Shown piece by piece: positions 41,014-42,697 of a stretch of 42,697 bases of DNA. Source of the DNA: Clostridiales bacterium UBA6388 (GTDB lineage Bacteria > Bacillota > Clostridia > Oscillospirales > Oscillospiraceae); contig DJQK01000097.1 of NCBI GenBank assembly GCA_002437575.1, positions 1 through 42,697 of the forward strand. Reading direction: 5' to 3'. Under the pieces are notes generated by a model. It was not told the DNA's origin and made no database searches. It was given only the letters and a program-made list of their open reading frames with translations. The position numbers and the translations under genes were made by a program. Numbering within the stretch: position 1 is the first letter of the stretch; each line of letters opens with the position of its first letter.

Positions 41014-41377
41014 ACTTGCCTCCTTCCGGCTCTCCCGGCAGCGGCATCCAGTGGGTGATCAAATCCTGCGGAGCATCCCAGTTGCAGCACTTCCAACCGA
41101 GCCCCGGAATATACCGAGCTGCATCCACAATGCTCCCACCTGCGTCCTTAAAGGCGATAAGGTATCGCTTCAGGTGGTCTGTTGGCAGCCTCTCCTCCAC
41201 GCTGACCCACTGCGGCACCTTCTCCCGCAGCGCCGCGTTCTCGGCGGTCAGGCGCTCGATGAGGTCGGCGCTCACTTTCGGGCACCCATCACACCCGTAT
41301 CCCTTCGTAAACGGGCACTCCTCTGATTCTCCGCTTGCGCAAGCCCGCAGCGCCTGCATGATTTCCTGATCTGTCAT
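41006..41377 (-). CDS. DUF551-domain protein
   Basis: WVSVEERLP...ITHWMPLP. Confidence 0.8.
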   Translation of the reverse strand: MTDQEIMQALRACASGESEECPFTKGYGCDGCPKVSADLIERLTAENAALREKVPQWVSVEERLPTDHLKRYLIAFKDAGGSIVDAARYIPGLGWKCCNWDAPQDLITHWMPLPGEPEGGKYE

Positions 41378-42411
41378 AGTGTATCCTCCATCGTCTTCCC
41401 CCAGGCGGCCAGCTGGGCGCGGATCGCCGCGCGGAGCTTTCCGGCCTTGTCTTCGTCCTCGATGCGGCTGACAGCCTGCGTCAGCTGGTTAAAGGCCGCC
41501 TGCCACTGGCCGAAATACAGCTGCGCGGCCGTCACGTCCTTGTCGGACATGGCAAGCTTTTTCCGCAGCGTCTCGACCTCGCCGGTCAGGCGCTCCTTTT
41601 CCTCATCCGAGGATGCGGTCTCTGCCGCCGCCTTTGCCGCAGCCAGCTGCTGTTTCAGGTTCTCTGCCTCTCTGCGGACGCGCTCGATCTCCTGCTCGGT
41701 TCTGGTGGTCTGCTTCCGCCATTCGTCGGTTTTCTTCTGGAGTTCCTTCTCCGCCTGCGCCCGGACCTTGGCCTCGGCGTCCCGGATCGCCTGCTCGTCG
41801 CGCTGGACGGCCACCTCAACAGGCCGGTTCCGGAGCGCTTCGAGTTCATCCGCCATGCGGCAGGCCTCATCCTTTGCGGCGGTCAGTTCATCTTCCATGC
41901 CGCGCATCTTTTCGTAGGCCTCCTGCGCCTCTTTCTTCGCATTCTCGGCGCGGAGGGAATCGCTGCTTGCCTGCCGCAGGGCGCTTTCGCGCTCCTGCCG
42001 GGCTGCGTCGCGTTCCTTGATCGCTTTTTCCAGTTCCCGGGCGGAAAGATTCTCTGCATCGACCGCTTCGGCGAATTCCTCGCGCTCGTCTTCCGGCACG
42101 GCCAAAAGCCGCAAAGCATTGGAAATACTCAAATTTTGCAACGTTGACGAATTTGGTTCAGCTCCGAAAATGCCGATCTGTGCCGCTCCGTACTCCTCGA
42201 AAATGCGAATCAGGCGTGTCGCTTTGGTCTGCGAAAACTCTGTGTTTTTCTTGATCCAGTCTGCCCATCCTCCGTGCGGCACCATTTCCTTTGCCGCCGC
42301 CAGTCTCCGTCCGATCTCTATGGCGTAATACACCGTCATAGCCTTCGCCTGCCGGGTCAGCTCCCGAATTTCTCCTCCGAGCCGCTCCGGCGTTACTGTC
42401 AAATTACTCAT
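41374..42411 (-). CDS. DUF3102-domain coiled-coil protein
   Basis: IEIGRRLAAAKEMVPHGGWADWI...FSQTKATRLIRIFEEYG. Confidence 0.85.
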   Translation of the reverse strand: MSNLTVTPERLGGEIRELTRQAKAMTVYYAIEIGRRLAAAKEMVPHGGWADWIKKNTEFSQTKATRLIRIFEEYGAAQIGIFGAEPNSSTLQNLSISNALRLLAVPEDEREEFAEAVDAENLSARELEKAIKERDAARQERESALRQASSDSLRAENAKKEAQEAYEKMRGMEDELTAAKDEACRMADELEALRNRPVEVAVQRDEQAIRDAEAKVRAQAEKELQKKTDEWRKQTTRTEQEIERVRREAENLKQQLAAAKAAAETASSDEEKERLTGEVETLRKKLAMSDKDVTAAQLYFGQWQAAFNQLTQAVSRIEDEDKAGKLRAAIRAQLAAWGKTMEDTL

Positions 42412-42697
42412 GCCGCCGTCTCCTTTTTCGTTTTTGTTCCGGCGCGTTTCAGCTGCCGGACGTGTTCAAGCCACCTGTCCACGAATTCCTGCACTTCCTT
42501 TGTCGGTTGGCAGTTGCGCAGGCCGTGGTTCTGGATCTCCTTCAGCGTTTTCAGCTCTACTTGCAGTGTGTGCCACGGCTTGTCCGGCGCATCCGCGCGG
42601 CGGATGAAGAAAATGCAGCTGTCTCCGCGTGCCACAGTCGCGCCGTATGTGCCGACGCAGTGGTTCAGGGCGGAGCCCTCGTCGATCAACTCTTCCT
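42408..42697 (-). CDS. pcfJ: PcfJ-like protein, C-terminal part (enters from window end)
   Basis: EELIDEGSALNHCVGTY...IFFIRR...PWHTLQV...QNHGLRNC, the PcfJ C-terminal signature. Confidence 0.85.
   Translation of the reverse strand, partial: EELIDEGSALNHCVGTYGATVARGDSCIFFIRRADAPDKPWHTLQVELKTLKEIQNHGLRNCQPTKEVQEFVDRWLEHVRQLKRAGTKTKKETAA

Larger units (their letters stand above)
1..42697. mobile_element. Near-complete temperate siphovirus-type phage genome, excised/circularly permuted form
   Basis: Packaging, head, tail, lysis, lysogeny and early modules are all present with no host housekeeping genes. The integrase and attP-like site are internal, and both window ends lie in the same pcfJ-like gene. 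Confidence 0.95.

Overview
This window is an almost complete, circularly permuted genome of a temperate long-tailed (siphovirus-type) phage. The host is probably a Clostridia-class gut bacterium; that is inferred from GC-rich coding, GGAGG-type RBSs, a Gram-positive LexA box and the gene families. Both window ends fall inside one pcfJ-like gene, and part of that gene is missing. Most genes are on the minus strand. In transcription order they are: early genes (4314 to 1, continuing 42697 to 37145, including an HUH-type Rep), terminase/portal/MuF/head (37023-28367), tail (28377-15453), lysis (15421-13625) and an uncharacterised gene cassette (13611-9824). The lysogeny module (repressor, membrane proteins, large serine integrase) is mainly on the plus strand at 4515-9728. 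An intact attP-like 21-bp inverted repeat at 9740-9785 suggests the excised form. The main leads are: (1) the post-lysis cassette, with an HTH regulator, 11-bp-phased repeats, a promoter-in-terminator switch, a Cys peptidase, a Gly-rich/coiled-coil/CCC protein and a BclA-CTD-like protein; (2) an attP core reading YGGP, which points to the spore-coat gene cotJC as the target; (3) an unannotated type I toxin-antitoxin-like RNA module in the tail region; (4) a MuF polymorphic toxin with its immunity gene; (5) a non-cleavable repressor beside a small protein resembling its C-terminus and a LexA-boxed gene; (6) an HUH Rep preceded by a GTAG-REP hairpin; (7) a 450-nt stem-loop array. All family assignments come from motif recognition by eye; no searches were run.
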